Source of the DNA: Candidatus Sulfotelmatobacter sp.
GTDB lineage: Bacteria > Acidobacteriota > Terriglobia > Terriglobales > Acidobacteriaceae
DNA: 64,000 nt
Assembly: GCA_049588915.1 (NCBI GenBank)
Contig: JBAVZU010000066.1
Coordinates: 725 to 64,724 of the forward strand
Direction of reading: 5' to 3'
Every line of letters starts with the position of its first letter. The first letter of the stretch is position 1. Shown here in pieces: positions 45,047 to 54,034 of the stretch. Both the position numbers and the translations under genes were made by a program. Below the pieces are notes generated by a model that was not told where the DNA came from, made no database searches, and was given only the letters and a program-made list of their open reading frames with translations.

Positions 45047-46183
45047 TTAAATGTTACCGGTTCGATGCCTCTCCTCTATAGGAATGTAGGATGCATCATA
45101 GCCGAAATGCTCTGGCCCACACACTCTGAGGCCTGCTGCGGTTCGCCATGGCGAGGGCGCAGGAATTCCGATAATCGTCACTTTCTGTCCCTTCGTGAAA
45201 TCTGGATTGAGAACGGCTCTGCCCGTCGCATTATCGATCATCGTGATGATATCGGGAGACGTGATGGAAACCTTGCCATCCCGCCAGGAAATCAAGTTTT
45301 CATTTTTAAAACCCAGCTTGTACCTTTGCCCGGAGTAAAGCCCCGCTCCGCCGATTTCAACATCGCCGACCAGATAGCCGCCTTTGTCTGCCCAGTCATG
45401 GGCGGAGACCGCTCCCGCAAAAACTTTGTAGCCGTTGCTGGCGTCAAGCACTGCCTGGATCGGATCCTTTTGCGATTCAACCGCGACGCGGTAAGCCTTG
45501 CCGATCTCCTCGCACAGAGTTAGAGAACCCTGAACAACGATGTTTGGCTGCTTGAGCAGCTTGCCGGGCAGCGCCGAGTCTGCGGCTGCGATGTGCATGC
45601 TGATCGTTGAGGCGATGCGGAGAAACTCCTCTTCGCGCGATGGCGTGGCCACCTTGGTGATCAGCAGTTCATCGCCGAACAACGTGGCGGCTGCCGTCGG
45701 CAATAAAGAAATACCCGCCGCAAAGATCGTGCTTTGATCGATTTCCGGCACCGCCCTGCCCGCGGTATCGGCATCGAGTTGTGCGATTCCCAGATGCGCC
45801 GCGGTCGAAAGCGCGTAGGGCGTATTGCCTGCTCCGATCTCTCCCGCGATGACGGCGACAAAATTCTTGCCGACATGCTTCTGCAGCAGCCGGAATGCGA
45901 CGGCGGTTGCTTCGTCCTTGATGCGTGGGAGCTTGTTGAATCGCTCTATTTGTTCGGGAGTGTAAGGAGCCGTGCTGCCCACGTAGTAGGTCGTGGCCGC
46001 GTAGTCGTCATCTTTCATTTCGTCGACGGATATAAGATTGAACTTCAACCCGGCGGCGAGATCGTCGTGGATTCTCTTCAGTCCTGCCTCATAACTCCCG
46101 CCGCCGCCGCTGCCGAGATAGCAGCAGCCCATGATTATGTCTTCAAGATTCTGCCTGGATAAATTGCGCATAATAGCCCTCAC
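45047..46183 (-). CDS. DUF917-family protein (paralogue 2)
   Basis: QNLEDIIMGCCYLGSGGGGS, IAGEIGAGNT and LGIAQLDADTAGRAVPEIDQ are family-typical. Clearly paralogous to 46271-47386. Confidence 0.85.
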   Translation of the reverse strand: MRAIMRNLSRQNLEDIIMGCCYLGSGGGGSYEAGLKRIHDDLAAGLKFNLISVDEMKDDDYAATTYYVGSTAPYTPEQIERFNKLPRIKDEATAVAFRLLQKHVGKNFVAVIAGEIGAGNTPYALSTAAHLGIAQLDADTAGRAVPEIDQSTIFAAGISLLPTAAATLFGDELLITKVATPSREEEFLRIASTISMHIAAADSALPGKLLKQPNIVVQGSLTLCEEIGKAYRVAVESQKDPIQAVLDASNGYKVFAGAVSAHDWADKGGYLVGDVEIGGAGLYSGQRYKLGFKNENLISWRDGKVSITSPDIITMIDNATGRAVLNPDFTKGQKVTIIGIPAPSPWRTAAGLRVCGPEHFGYDASYIPIEERHRTGNI

Positions 46184-46270
46184 TTTAAATGTATTCAGTC
46201 AGCACACGTACGAAGTCATTCGTAAAATTCCGTTTGGTCGATTGGTCATTGGGGAGGGCGAACACCGCTG

Positions 46271-47386
46271 TTACGTCCACTGCATCTGCTCAATCGGAAT
46301 GTATGGCGTATCGAACCCAAAACGCTTCGGTCCGAACAGCTCGATTCCGCGCGGCGTACGCCAATTCGGAGGCGATGGAAAACCGATGACAATCACTTCC
46401 TGGCCTTTTTCAAAGTCCGGGTTCGAAATTGCTTTTGCAGACTCCTTGATCACCATCGTGATCAGGTCCGGGCAAGTGACGGAAAATTTTCCGTCGCGCC
46501 ATGAAACAAGATTCTCATTTTTGTAGGCGATCTTGAAAGTGCTGCCCTGATATTTGCCAGAACCCGAAATGTCGACGTCGCCAACCAGATAGCCCCCCTC
46601 ATCTTTCCAGTGGAAGCCGGAAATCCTTCCCCCGAACAGGCGATATCCGTGGCCTGCGTGCAACACAGCCTGAAGTACATCCTGATTCGCTTCGATCGCT
46701 GCGCGATAGGCTCGCCCGACTTCCTCCGCATGGCTGATGGATCCCTGCACCAGCACTCCCTTCCGCTTCGCGTCTTTTCCGGCGAGCGGAGTGTCAGCAA
46801 CGCCAATTCCCATGCTCACCATCGAGGCCGCGCGAAACAAATCCTCTTCTCGCGAAGTGGCTGCGACCTTCGGAAGGATCATCTCGTCCCCGTACTGCGT
46901 TACTCCGGCTGCGGGCGTAATCGACAGCCCCGCCGCCAGGACTGCATTCTGGTCGATTTCCGGAGCCGCTCGACCGACTGTATCGGCATCCAGCTGCGCA
47001 ATTCCTATGTGTGCTGCAGCCGACATTGCGGCGATGGTATTGCCGGGTCCGATCTCGCCAGCGATAGTGGCGACGAAATTTTTTTGCATGTACCGTTGCA
47101 GCAGTCGAAACGCGGCTGTGGTGGACCTCTCCTCGATGCGGGGAAGCTTCGCGTAGCGCTGCTTCTGCTCATCGGTCGGAGGAGCGGTCGAGCCTACGCC
47201 GTAGGTCGCGGCGGCATAGTCATCATCTTGCATCTCATCGGGAGACATCAATTTGAACGTGAGCCCCGCTTGGAGATCTTCGTGGACGCGTTGCAGACCG
47301 TGCGCGAAGCTGCCGCCTCCGCCCGTCCCCAGGAAGGAGCAGCCGACGACGATGTCCTCCAGGTTTTGTTTCGCCAGAGTGCGCAT
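46271..47386 (-). CDS. DUF917-family protein (paralogue 1)
   Basis: QNLEDIVVGCSFLGTGGGGS, IAGEIGPGNT and IGIAQLDADTVGRAAPEIDQ. Confidence 0.85.
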   Translation of the reverse strand: MRTLAKQNLEDIVVGCSFLGTGGGGSFAHGLQRVHEDLQAGLTFKLMSPDEMQDDDYAAATYGVGSTAPPTDEQKQRYAKLPRIEERSTTAAFRLLQRYMQKNFVATIAGEIGPGNTIAAMSAAAHIGIAQLDADTVGRAAPEIDQNAVLAAGLSITPAAGVTQYGDEMILPKVAATSREEDLFRAASMVSMGIGVADTPLAGKDAKRKGVLVQGSISHAEEVGRAYRAAIEANQDVLQAVLHAGHGYRLFGGRISGFHWKDEGGYLVGDVDISGSGKYQGSTFKIAYKNENLVSWRDGKFSVTCPDLITMVIKESAKAISNPDFEKGQEVIVIGFPSPPNWRTPRGIELFGPKRFGFDTPYIPIEQMQWT

Positions 47387-47411
47387 ATTTCTAATCTGTA
47401 GAAGACTCCTC

Positions 47412-47993
47412 TTAGCTCTGATGGAAGAAAGATGATACGAAGCTGGTTCTCCGAGTGGCGCTTATGTGATCCTTTACCTCGATCCGGCAGAAAACCAACT
47501 TTCCGGCGCTGTTTTGCAAATACGGATAAACAAAAGCGAAATCACCGACTAGTTTTCTGCGCACAATCTCCAATTCAAACTTCCTTTCAAGCTCTGCTTC
47601 AATCCGGCGCAGTATTTCCGCTTGCGAGCTCGGCGGGAGGTTGCCGTGATGCGCAAGATCGGACTCCGACATTCGGATGCCGACGTGCATGACTTGAGAA
47701 ACGTCTAGACCGTTTCGTCCTATGCGGCTTGACTTCCCAATCAAAACCTGCGGCCCGGCGAGTTGGGAGTCGCTCATGCTGCGCACCAGTTCGAGCGGCG
47801 GAAACATATCTCCAATCTGAGCACGAACGGCCACAGGTCTGCGCGGAGGACCTACATTCCACGCGCTCGCGCCTAAGACACCCAGCCCAAGACAGGTCAC
47901 ATTTGCGCATGCCAGATGAATGAAATCGCGTCGTTGCGTAGCTCCCCCTCGTGCTCCGCCCGGTCGATAAAAAACCAGGCGGCTAAAAATCAA
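47412..47993 (-). CDS. Hypothetical protein with a twin-arginine-like signal
   Basis: An in-frame TTG at 47993 gives ..GATQRRDFIHLACANVTCLGLGVLGASAW, a Tat-like T-x-R-R-x-F-I motif plus an h-region. The listed ATG 48083 would overlap the receptor gene by 100 nt. No SD and no family recognised. Confidence 0.45.
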   Translation of the reverse strand: MIFSRLVFYRPGGARGGATQRRDFIHLACANVTCLGLGVLGASAWNVGPPRRPVAVRAQIGDMFPPLELVRSMSDSQLAGPQVLIGKSSRIGRNGLDVSQVMHVGIRMSESDLAHHGNLPPSSQAEILRRIEAELERKFELEIVRRKLVGDFAFVYPYLQNSAGKLVFCRIEVKDHISATRRTSFVSSFFHQS

Positions 47994-50900
47994 ATCTGAT
48001 TGCCAACTGCACTTCTCTGGCGCCACCCAGAGGCCCGGCTGTAGCAAAGAGATTTCCGAACGTAGTGACTGGAGCTGATACATCGAATTCGTCGATCGGA
48101 TTCTGAGAGCCAGGGAACTGGCTGGAAAACTGTCCTGCCGTGCTTCCGAAGTTCACGTTGTTGAAGGCATTGAAGGCTTCGATCCTGAACTGGAGAACCT
48201 GCCTATCGCTCCACGGCATCTTGAATGACTTGGATACACCCAAGTCGGTATCGAAATACGCCGGTCCGAAAATCACGTTCCTGCTGCCTGCGGATCCGGG
48301 CAACGTATAACCGACCTGTGCGTAAGCCGCTGATGGATTGCTGAAAAGGTTGGGAACTCCATTGGGATCTTTCTTCGTCACCGACGTGCTCAATGGACCA
48401 ATAATGGTTCCCGGGCCCGGTTGAAAATCGTTGGTGGCGTAGTTGAAGCCATTGCGAGGCGTAAGTGGGAAGCCGGAGTGCCAACGGATCGTACCGCTAA
48501 ACTGCCAATTGCCAATCAAGGCGTTGAGCGGTCCCGACATTTTCGAGCCAAAGGTCTTTCCGCGGCCAAACGGCAACTGATAGACCCAGTCCCCGTTGAA
48601 GTTGTGCCTCAGGTGGAAATCGGAAAGAGCGCGACCGGCGCGGACATTGAATGCATTCGGAATCTGCCCGTTGACTTGTCCTTCGCTGAGGAACAGATCA
48701 GCGTTTTCTGCCGCCGAACCGTCGTCGATCGACTTGCTAAATACATAGTTCATGTCCAGAATCAGCGGGCCTGCTTTCTTGCGCAGGGAGAGCTGAACAC
48801 TGTTGAAACTTGATGTTCCTTCTGAAGTCCACGACGGAATGCTATCGAATTGCGGTCCAAACAGAACTCGTCCGTCTTGCTGCGGATCTACAGCCAACGA
48901 CCAGGGACTGCCGGCGCCCGGGAAGGGGTCGTCCATCGCGAGCACAGCATCGCTCCAATCCGGAGCATAGGTTTGCACGATGGAGTAAAAAGCCTGCGTG
49001 GGCGTCAGGTTCGCAACGGCAGGATTACGCAGATAACCTGCCGCATAAGCTGGCATATTGGGCATCAAGTCCTGAATCCATGCAATGGGAGTGATTTGCG
49101 ACGCAGGCGTCTGGTTGGTGAGGCTTCCCATCTGCTTTACGAGAAGGTTGTAGGCCTGCCACAGCGTCTGCCCCGATTTCACATCCTTGAATTCGCCCAA
49201 GTACTGGCCATAGTCTTTTTTCAGCAGCAGTCGATGGCCCAGATTCCCGACATACGCCGCTTCAACCGTAAAACCTTTCCCAAGCTCCCGCTCCAGACTG
49301 AAATCCATGGCATATGAATACGGAACCTTCAAACTCTGGTTTACCGCAAAGTCGAAATTGTCGATGCCCGTATCCGGCGTGAATGGAAAAGTCACACTGG
49401 TCGGAGCGTTGGGGAAGAATGTCGACAAGGCGGGAAATCCCGAACATCCAGCCGCCACGCTGCAAGTCCCGGAGAATCGCGGAGCCGTCGCCAGGCTGAA
49501 AAGCCCTACGGGAGTCAGTTCACTATTCACCAGGCCCGGATCGCCGGCGTTGATCGCCTGATCCGTTGCGATGGCTCCTCCCATGCGATCGTAGTACATT
49601 CCAAAGCCCGCCCGGATAGAACTCTTGCCCGGTCCTCCGAAAATCTTTCCCAGAGTTCCATCGTGATAGCTGGGAGAATATGCCAGAGACAGCCGGGGAG
49701 CGAAGTTGCGCGTGCTGGGGTTGTACCAAGAAGGCTTACCGTTTGCCTTTCCGCCAGGAATGAAGGAGAGAAGGGGCGCTGCGTCAGCCGGAATTCCCTG
49801 ATTCATGTTCGCCACGCGGATGTCCCACCACGAATTGAGGTTCATGGTCGGAATCGTCTGCAGCCCGTTTTGTTCCCACGGGACGCCGAAGTAGCTGTAG
49901 CGCAGACCGTAGTTGAGAGTGAGATTTGGCTTCACCCGCCAACTGTCCTGCACGTACCACTCGAAATCGTTCTCGGCATAGTTTCGATTTAACGGCGCAC
50001 CCGTTGGCGGTGTGAGCGCACCGGTCTTCGGGTTGGCTAACAGCGAAGCTTCCGCGTAACTCAACGAGCCCGTGAGTTCCATGAACGAAGTTAGGAATGC
50101 GGTGGTATTCAAGGGTACCTGTTGCCCCTGAGCCTGCAGTTCGTTGATCGGATCGCGGCAATCGTTGGAACAAAACGCGAAGTCTCCCAGAAAAAAGGTC
50201 GGATACGAATTTTGATAGGTCAAGAAGTGGTTTCTGGGAAGCTGAACATCAGCTCCCACCTGAATCGTGTGTGTTCCGCGAGTCCACGAGAGATCGTCCC
50301 TGAATTCTTCCGTAGGAACAGTGCGGGCAAACCCGCGTGTAAAGTTCAACGGATCGGAAAAATTTTCCGCAGACAGTGCGTCGGAAGTCCCGCCACTTTC
50401 ATTTACTCCCTGGCGTATGAATCCCCATTCGGCGTTGTTGATCAGGTTGGTGCGCAACACTGCCGTGTATCCAACTGCCATGCCCTTGCTGTCGTTAAAG
50501 AAGCGATTGTTTGGCGGAAGGCCGGGAAGTTCAGCAGGGGTAATGTCAGTCTTGATATCCGCGAGATTGCCGCGCCAGAACAGCATGTGTTTCCCGTTGC
50601 CCATCAAATTGAAATCCAGGCGAGCCGTGTAAACGCCGTTCGTGGTATTTGTCGGCGAATTGAAGGTAAAACCCGAATAGTTCAGGCCGCCGTCGAGTCC
50701 CAGACTTGGAGCATTGCCGGATGGATATAAACTCATGAACTGCAACATGGCGGGATTGACGCCGCAACCCGCGGAGCCAGGTTGCGAGCATCCAGGATCA
50801 AGCGCCGCCACCTTACTCGGCGTCAGTTCCACACAGTTTCCCAAGCCGTAGGGGCAGGGAACCACTCCGTTGCCCGGATTGGCTACCTGGTAAATCAGTT

Positions 50901-51957
50901 CGCCAGACTTCAAGGTGTTGCTCGGAATAATCCTGCTGGTCGGAGTCGCGCTGCGATCCGTTCTTCCTTCATAGTCGAGGAAGAAGAAAACTCTGTCTTT
51001 CCTTACAGGACCACCCAGCGACCCCCCGAAAATATTACGGATGAGCTTGGCTCTCGGAACGCCCTCCGCATTGTTGAAGAATGAATTTGCAGCGAGCGAC
51101 GTGTCGCGATTAAACCAGCGGGCGTTGCCATGAAACGCGTTGGTGCCCGACTTGGTCACCATCTCTACCTGCGCCCCGCCCGCGGCGCCGCTGGAGGCGG
51201 TTGCATTTGTGGTGATGACGCGAAATTCCTGCAGCGCATCGAGGGTGATTGGCATTGCGCTGGTGAATGCCGATTGATTTTGATAGTCGTTCGATTCGAT
51301 GCCATCGAGCGACACGTAGCTTTGGTTCCCGCGCACGCCGTTTACCACCCCCTCGCGCGGGTCCAGGTTCTGCGTCGAACCCATCGAGAGCAGGTCGGTG
51401 TCGGAAGAACCGGTAAACACCACGCCGGGTTGCAGCGTCAACAAGTTCACAGGGTTCCGGGCGGCGAAAGGCAATTGAACGATCTGATCTTGATCGAACG
51501 CTGATCCTACACTTGCGTCCTGCGTATTGACCGTTTCCACATTGCCTTCGACCGTGACGACCTGTTGCGCTTTCGCGCCGACCTGCAACGTAACATCAAT
51601 CCGCGTCGGCGTCGCCACCAACACAGCGACATGTTGACGAATCGCTTGCTTGAATCCCGTGGCGTCGATAGTCAGCGTGTAATTCCCAGCGGCGACCTGC
51701 GAGAATTCATAGGTGCCAAACGCGCCGGTCGTCGTGCTGCGTGTGGCGCCTGTTCCTTCGTTCACGATGGACACCTGAGCGCTCGCTACCGCCGCACCCG
51801 ATTGGTCAAGCACACTGCCGCTTAGAGTAGTAAAGGTCTGCCCGGTGGCGGCGACCGCCATCGCCATGAGGAACAGAACGAGTTCGGAAGCAGAGAGGCA
51901 TTTCCCACGAAGCACTGCGTGTCTGATACTTCCATCACCACCATCTTGTGTATTCAA
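47983..51957 (-). CDS. TonB-dependent receptor with a carboxypeptidase-regulatory-like N-terminal domain (1324 aa)
   Basis: LSGSVLDQSGAAVASAQVSIVNEGTGATRSTTTGAFGTYEFSQVAAGNYTL (CarboxypepD_reg-like), a plug region and a very long barrel ending ..LAIRFDF with a terminal Phe. Confidence 0.85.
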   Translation of the reverse strand: MNTQDGGDGSIRHAVLRGKCLSASELVLFLMAMAVAATGQTFTTLSGSVLDQSGAAVASAQVSIVNEGTGATRSTTTGAFGTYEFSQVAAGNYTLTIDATGFKQAIRQHVAVLVATPTRIDVTLQVGAKAQQVVTVEGNVETVNTQDASVGSAFDQDQIVQLPFAARNPVNLLTLQPGVVFTGSSDTDLLSMGSTQNLDPREGVVNGVRGNQSYVSLDGIESNDYQNQSAFTSAMPITLDALQEFRVITTNATASSGAAGGAQVEMVTKSGTNAFHGNARWFNRDTSLAANSFFNNAEGVPRAKLIRNIFGGSLGGPVRKDRVFFFLDYEGRTDRSATPTSRIIPSNTLKSGELIYQVANPGNGVVPCPYGLGNCVELTPSKVAALDPGCSQPGSAGCGVNPAMLQFMSLYPSGNAPSLGLDGGLNYSGFTFNSPTNTTNGVYTARLDFNLMGNGKHMLFWRGNLADIKTDITPAELPGLPPNNRFFNDSKGMAVGYTAVLRTNLINNAEWGFIRQGVNESGGTSDALSAENFSDPLNFTRGFARTVPTEEFRDDLSWTRGTHTIQVGADVQLPRNHFLTYQNSYPTFFLGDFAFCSNDCRDPINELQAQGQQVPLNTTAFLTSFMELTGSLSYAEASLLANPKTGALTPPTGAPLNRNYAENDFEWYVQDSWRVKPNLTLNYGLRYSYFGVPWEQNGLQTIPTMNLNSWWDIRVANMNQGIPADAAPLLSFIPGGKANGKPSWYNPSTRNFAPRLSLAYSPSYHDGTLGKIFGGPGKSSIRAGFGMYYDRMGGAIATDQAINAGDPGLVNSELTPVGLFSLATAPRFSGTCSVAAGCSGFPALSTFFPNAPTSVTFPFTPDTGIDNFDFAVNQSLKVPYSYAMDFSLERELGKGFTVEAAYVGNLGHRLLLKKDYGQYLGEFKDVKSGQTLWQAYNLLVKQMGSLTNQTPASQITPIAWIQDLMPNMPAYAAGYLRNPAVANLTPTQAFYSIVQTYAPDWSDAVLAMDDPFPGAGSPWSLAVDPQQDGRVLFGPQFDSIPSWTSEGTSSFNSVQLSLRKKAGPLILDMNYVFSKSIDDGSAAENADLFLSEGQVNGQIPNAFNVRAGRALSDFHLRHNFNGDWVYQLPFGRGKTFGSKMSGPLNALIGNWQFSGTIRWHSGFPLTPRNGFNYATNDFQPGPGTIIGPLSTSVTKKDPNGVPNLFSNPSAAYAQVGYTLPGSAGSRNVIFGPAYFDTDLGVSKSFKMPWSDRQVLQFRIEAFNAFNNVNFGSTAGQFSSQFPGSQNPIDEFDVSAPVTTFGNLFATAGPLGGAREVQLAIRFDF

Positions 51958-52088
51958 GGTCGCCCTCAGGAAGCCGCATCTAGAGCAGGAAGTTTCGTGG
52001 CCGGAAAGTTACGCCTTTTTCCGCAGCCATGTCAAGATAAATTTGTTTGACATCCGGCACATTTGTGTTAGAACAAGCACACTTTTGG

Positions 52089-52109
52089 AAACAGATTGAA
52101 AACAGATTG
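52089..52109 (+). promoter_or_regulatory. Tandem AAACAGATTG 10-mers with 11-bp periodicity in the divergent promoter region
   Basis: AAACAGATTG at 52089-52098 and again at 52100-52109. They lie between the receptor operon start (51957) and the hyuB-type gene (52232/52247). Confidence 0.3.
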
Positions 52110-52231
52110 TAGGGCTTGCAATTCGCCGAGGTCCAATGGAGAGAAGTGATCCGGTCCATTCATTTTTGACATTGTAGGTTTAGCAAGCGCGCTTCGAAGC
52201 AACAGTAGGGAAAATACAAGGTTTCCTATTT

Positions 52232-53980
52232 TTGAAAGGAAAAGGGTTGGCCGATCCAATCACGACTGAGGTCATTCGCTACGAGCTGATTTCCGCCGCC
52301 GAGGAAATGAAGCGGTGTTTCAAGCGCACGACAACACTGGCCATTCTTTACGAACTCAATGACTTTGGCATTTCCATCTATGATCACGCCCTGAACCTGA
52401 TTGCCGACGTCCCGGGAATCCCGTTGTTTTCGGGCACGCTCAACCATTGCGTGCAGTCGTGCCTCGACCAGGTGGGCATCGCCAACCTGGCGCCTGGCGA
52501 CGTGCTCACGACCTCGGTTCCTTTTGATACTGGCAGCCAGCCCATCGATGCGGCCTTGGTTGCTCCGATCTTTTTCGAAGATGAAATCGTAGCCTATACC
52601 GCTTTGAAGGCTCATATGGGCGATCTCGGCGCGATCGATCCCTATCCCACCACCTCAACGGAGATGTATCAGGAAGGACTCTTGATGCCCGCTCTGTATC
52701 TGTTTCGCAAGGGCGAACTTCAAGAGCAAATCGTGCGCCTTATCAAGGCCCACTCACGCATTCCCAACACGACTGCAACGAATTTCCTTGCGGCCGCTTC
52801 AGCATTGCGACTGGGCGGGCGGCGCGTCGAAGCGCTTGTCGCGCGCTATGGGAAAGATACCTTTCATAGAGCTGTTCAGGAAATGATCTCGCACGGCGAG
52901 AGAATATGCCGCGCAGCCGTTGCCGCCATCCCGGACGGCACATGGGAGATTGCCGATTGGATGGATAACAACGGTGTCGACCCCGAGCCTGTGAAATTAC
53001 ACGCGACCGTAACAGTGCGCGGCAGCGATTTCATTATCGATCTCTCCGGTTCGGCTCCCCAGCAGCGCGGCCCGATCAATTCGCCATTCCCGGGGACCAT
53101 ATCGGCGTGCCGCTACGTACTCAAGTCCCTCACCACTCCTCTGCTGCCCGCCAACGAAGGACATTTTCGACCCTTGCAGGTAATTGCGCCGTCTGGCTCG
53201 ATTTTCAACCCTACTCCTCCGGCTGCCACTTTTCTCTATGCCTGGCCCGAGCAGCGCCTGATGGATCTGATACCGATGGCATTAGCCAAAACAATTCCCC
53301 AGCGAGTGACAGGCCACTCGGGTGGAGACTGCTGCGATTTTCTGATGACCTACTTTGATTATGAGACTGGCCGCAGGGATTACGGTGGCGGGGTGGAGGC
53401 CGTGGGCATGGGGGCTAGCCGCGACCGCGACGGCGAGAATGCGTTGCTTCACCACTGCGAGTCCGGCTGCTGCAACATTCCGAATGAAATCGAAGAATCG
53501 CGTGTTCCGCTGATGGTTGAACGATATGAACTGCGGGAAAATTCGGGCGGGGCCGGCAAGTTTCGCGGCGGAGTAGGCGTGGTCAAGGAGTATCACGCAC
53601 TCGAGTCCACCACGGCGATATCCATTGCCGAGCGCACCGAGGCCAGCACCGTCAGCGGAATCGAAGGCGGGAAGGGCGGCGCGTTGAACGAAATCACCTA
53701 TTTTCCCGGTACGCCTCAGGAACTAAAGCGCGGAAAACATAAAGCCGAGCTTCGCGCGGGGGATCACGTCCTGATTCGCAGTGGGGGCGGCGCGGGTTGG
53801 GGGAATCCTTTGGAGCGCGATCGGCAAGCCGTTCTCGCCGATGTCATTGCCGGCTACGTCAGCCGAGGCGCAGCTGAGAGGGACTACGGCGTTGTGCTCC
53901 GTGAGATTGACTGCGAACTGACAGTAGACGCCGAGCGCACAACCGCATTGCGCGACGCGCTCGCCCACAAACTGCCGTAG
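52232..53980 (+). CDS. Hydantoinase B / oxoprolinase-family subunit (HyuB type), copy 1
   Basis: DPITTEVIRYELISAAEEM is a typical HyuB N-terminus. Also ..SGGGAGWGNPLERD. The likely start is TTG 52247, behind AAAGGAAAAGGG. Confidence 0.85.
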   Translation: MKGKGLADPITTEVIRYELISAAEEMKRCFKRTTTLAILYELNDFGISIYDHALNLIADVPGIPLFSGTLNHCVQSCLDQVGIANLAPGDVLTTSVPFDTGSQPIDAALVAPIFFEDEIVAYTALKAHMGDLGAIDPYPTTSTEMYQEGLLMPALYLFRKGELQEQIVRLIKAHSRIPNTTATNFLAAASALRLGGRRVEALVARYGKDTFHRAVQEMISHGERICRAAVAAIPDGTWEIADWMDNNGVDPEPVKLHATVTVRGSDFIIDLSGSAPQQRGPINSPFPGTISACRYVLKSLTTPLLPANEGHFRPLQVIAPSGSIFNPTPPAATFLYAWPEQRLMDLIPMALAKTIPQRVTGHSGGDCCDFLMTYFDYETGRRDYGGGVEAVGMGASRDRDGENALLHHCESGCCNIPNEIEESRVPLMVERYELRENSGGAGKFRGGVGVVKEYHALESTTAISIAERTEASTVSGIEGGKGGALNEITYFPGTPQELKRGKHKAELRAGDHVLIRSGGGAGWGNPLERDRQAVLADVIAGYVSRGAAERDYGVVLREIDCELTVDAERTTALRDALAHKLP

Positions 53981-54017
53981 ATCGATAACCGTAGATCGAT
54001 AACCGTAGAGCAATAAC
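53976..54017 (+). repeat. Three tandem 14-nt units CGTAGATCGATAAC (third unit CGTAGAGCAATAAC)
   Basis: Read directly. The first unit contains the hyuB-type stop codon. The three TAG triplets (53978, 53992, 54006) fall in all three frames. Confidence 0.85.
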
Positions 54018-54034
54018 GGAGATCAGAATCCAAG

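Noticed and set aside
46610-47401. 263-aa plus-strand ORF
   Set aside because: It is antisense to DUF917 paralogue 1, which has clear family motifs.
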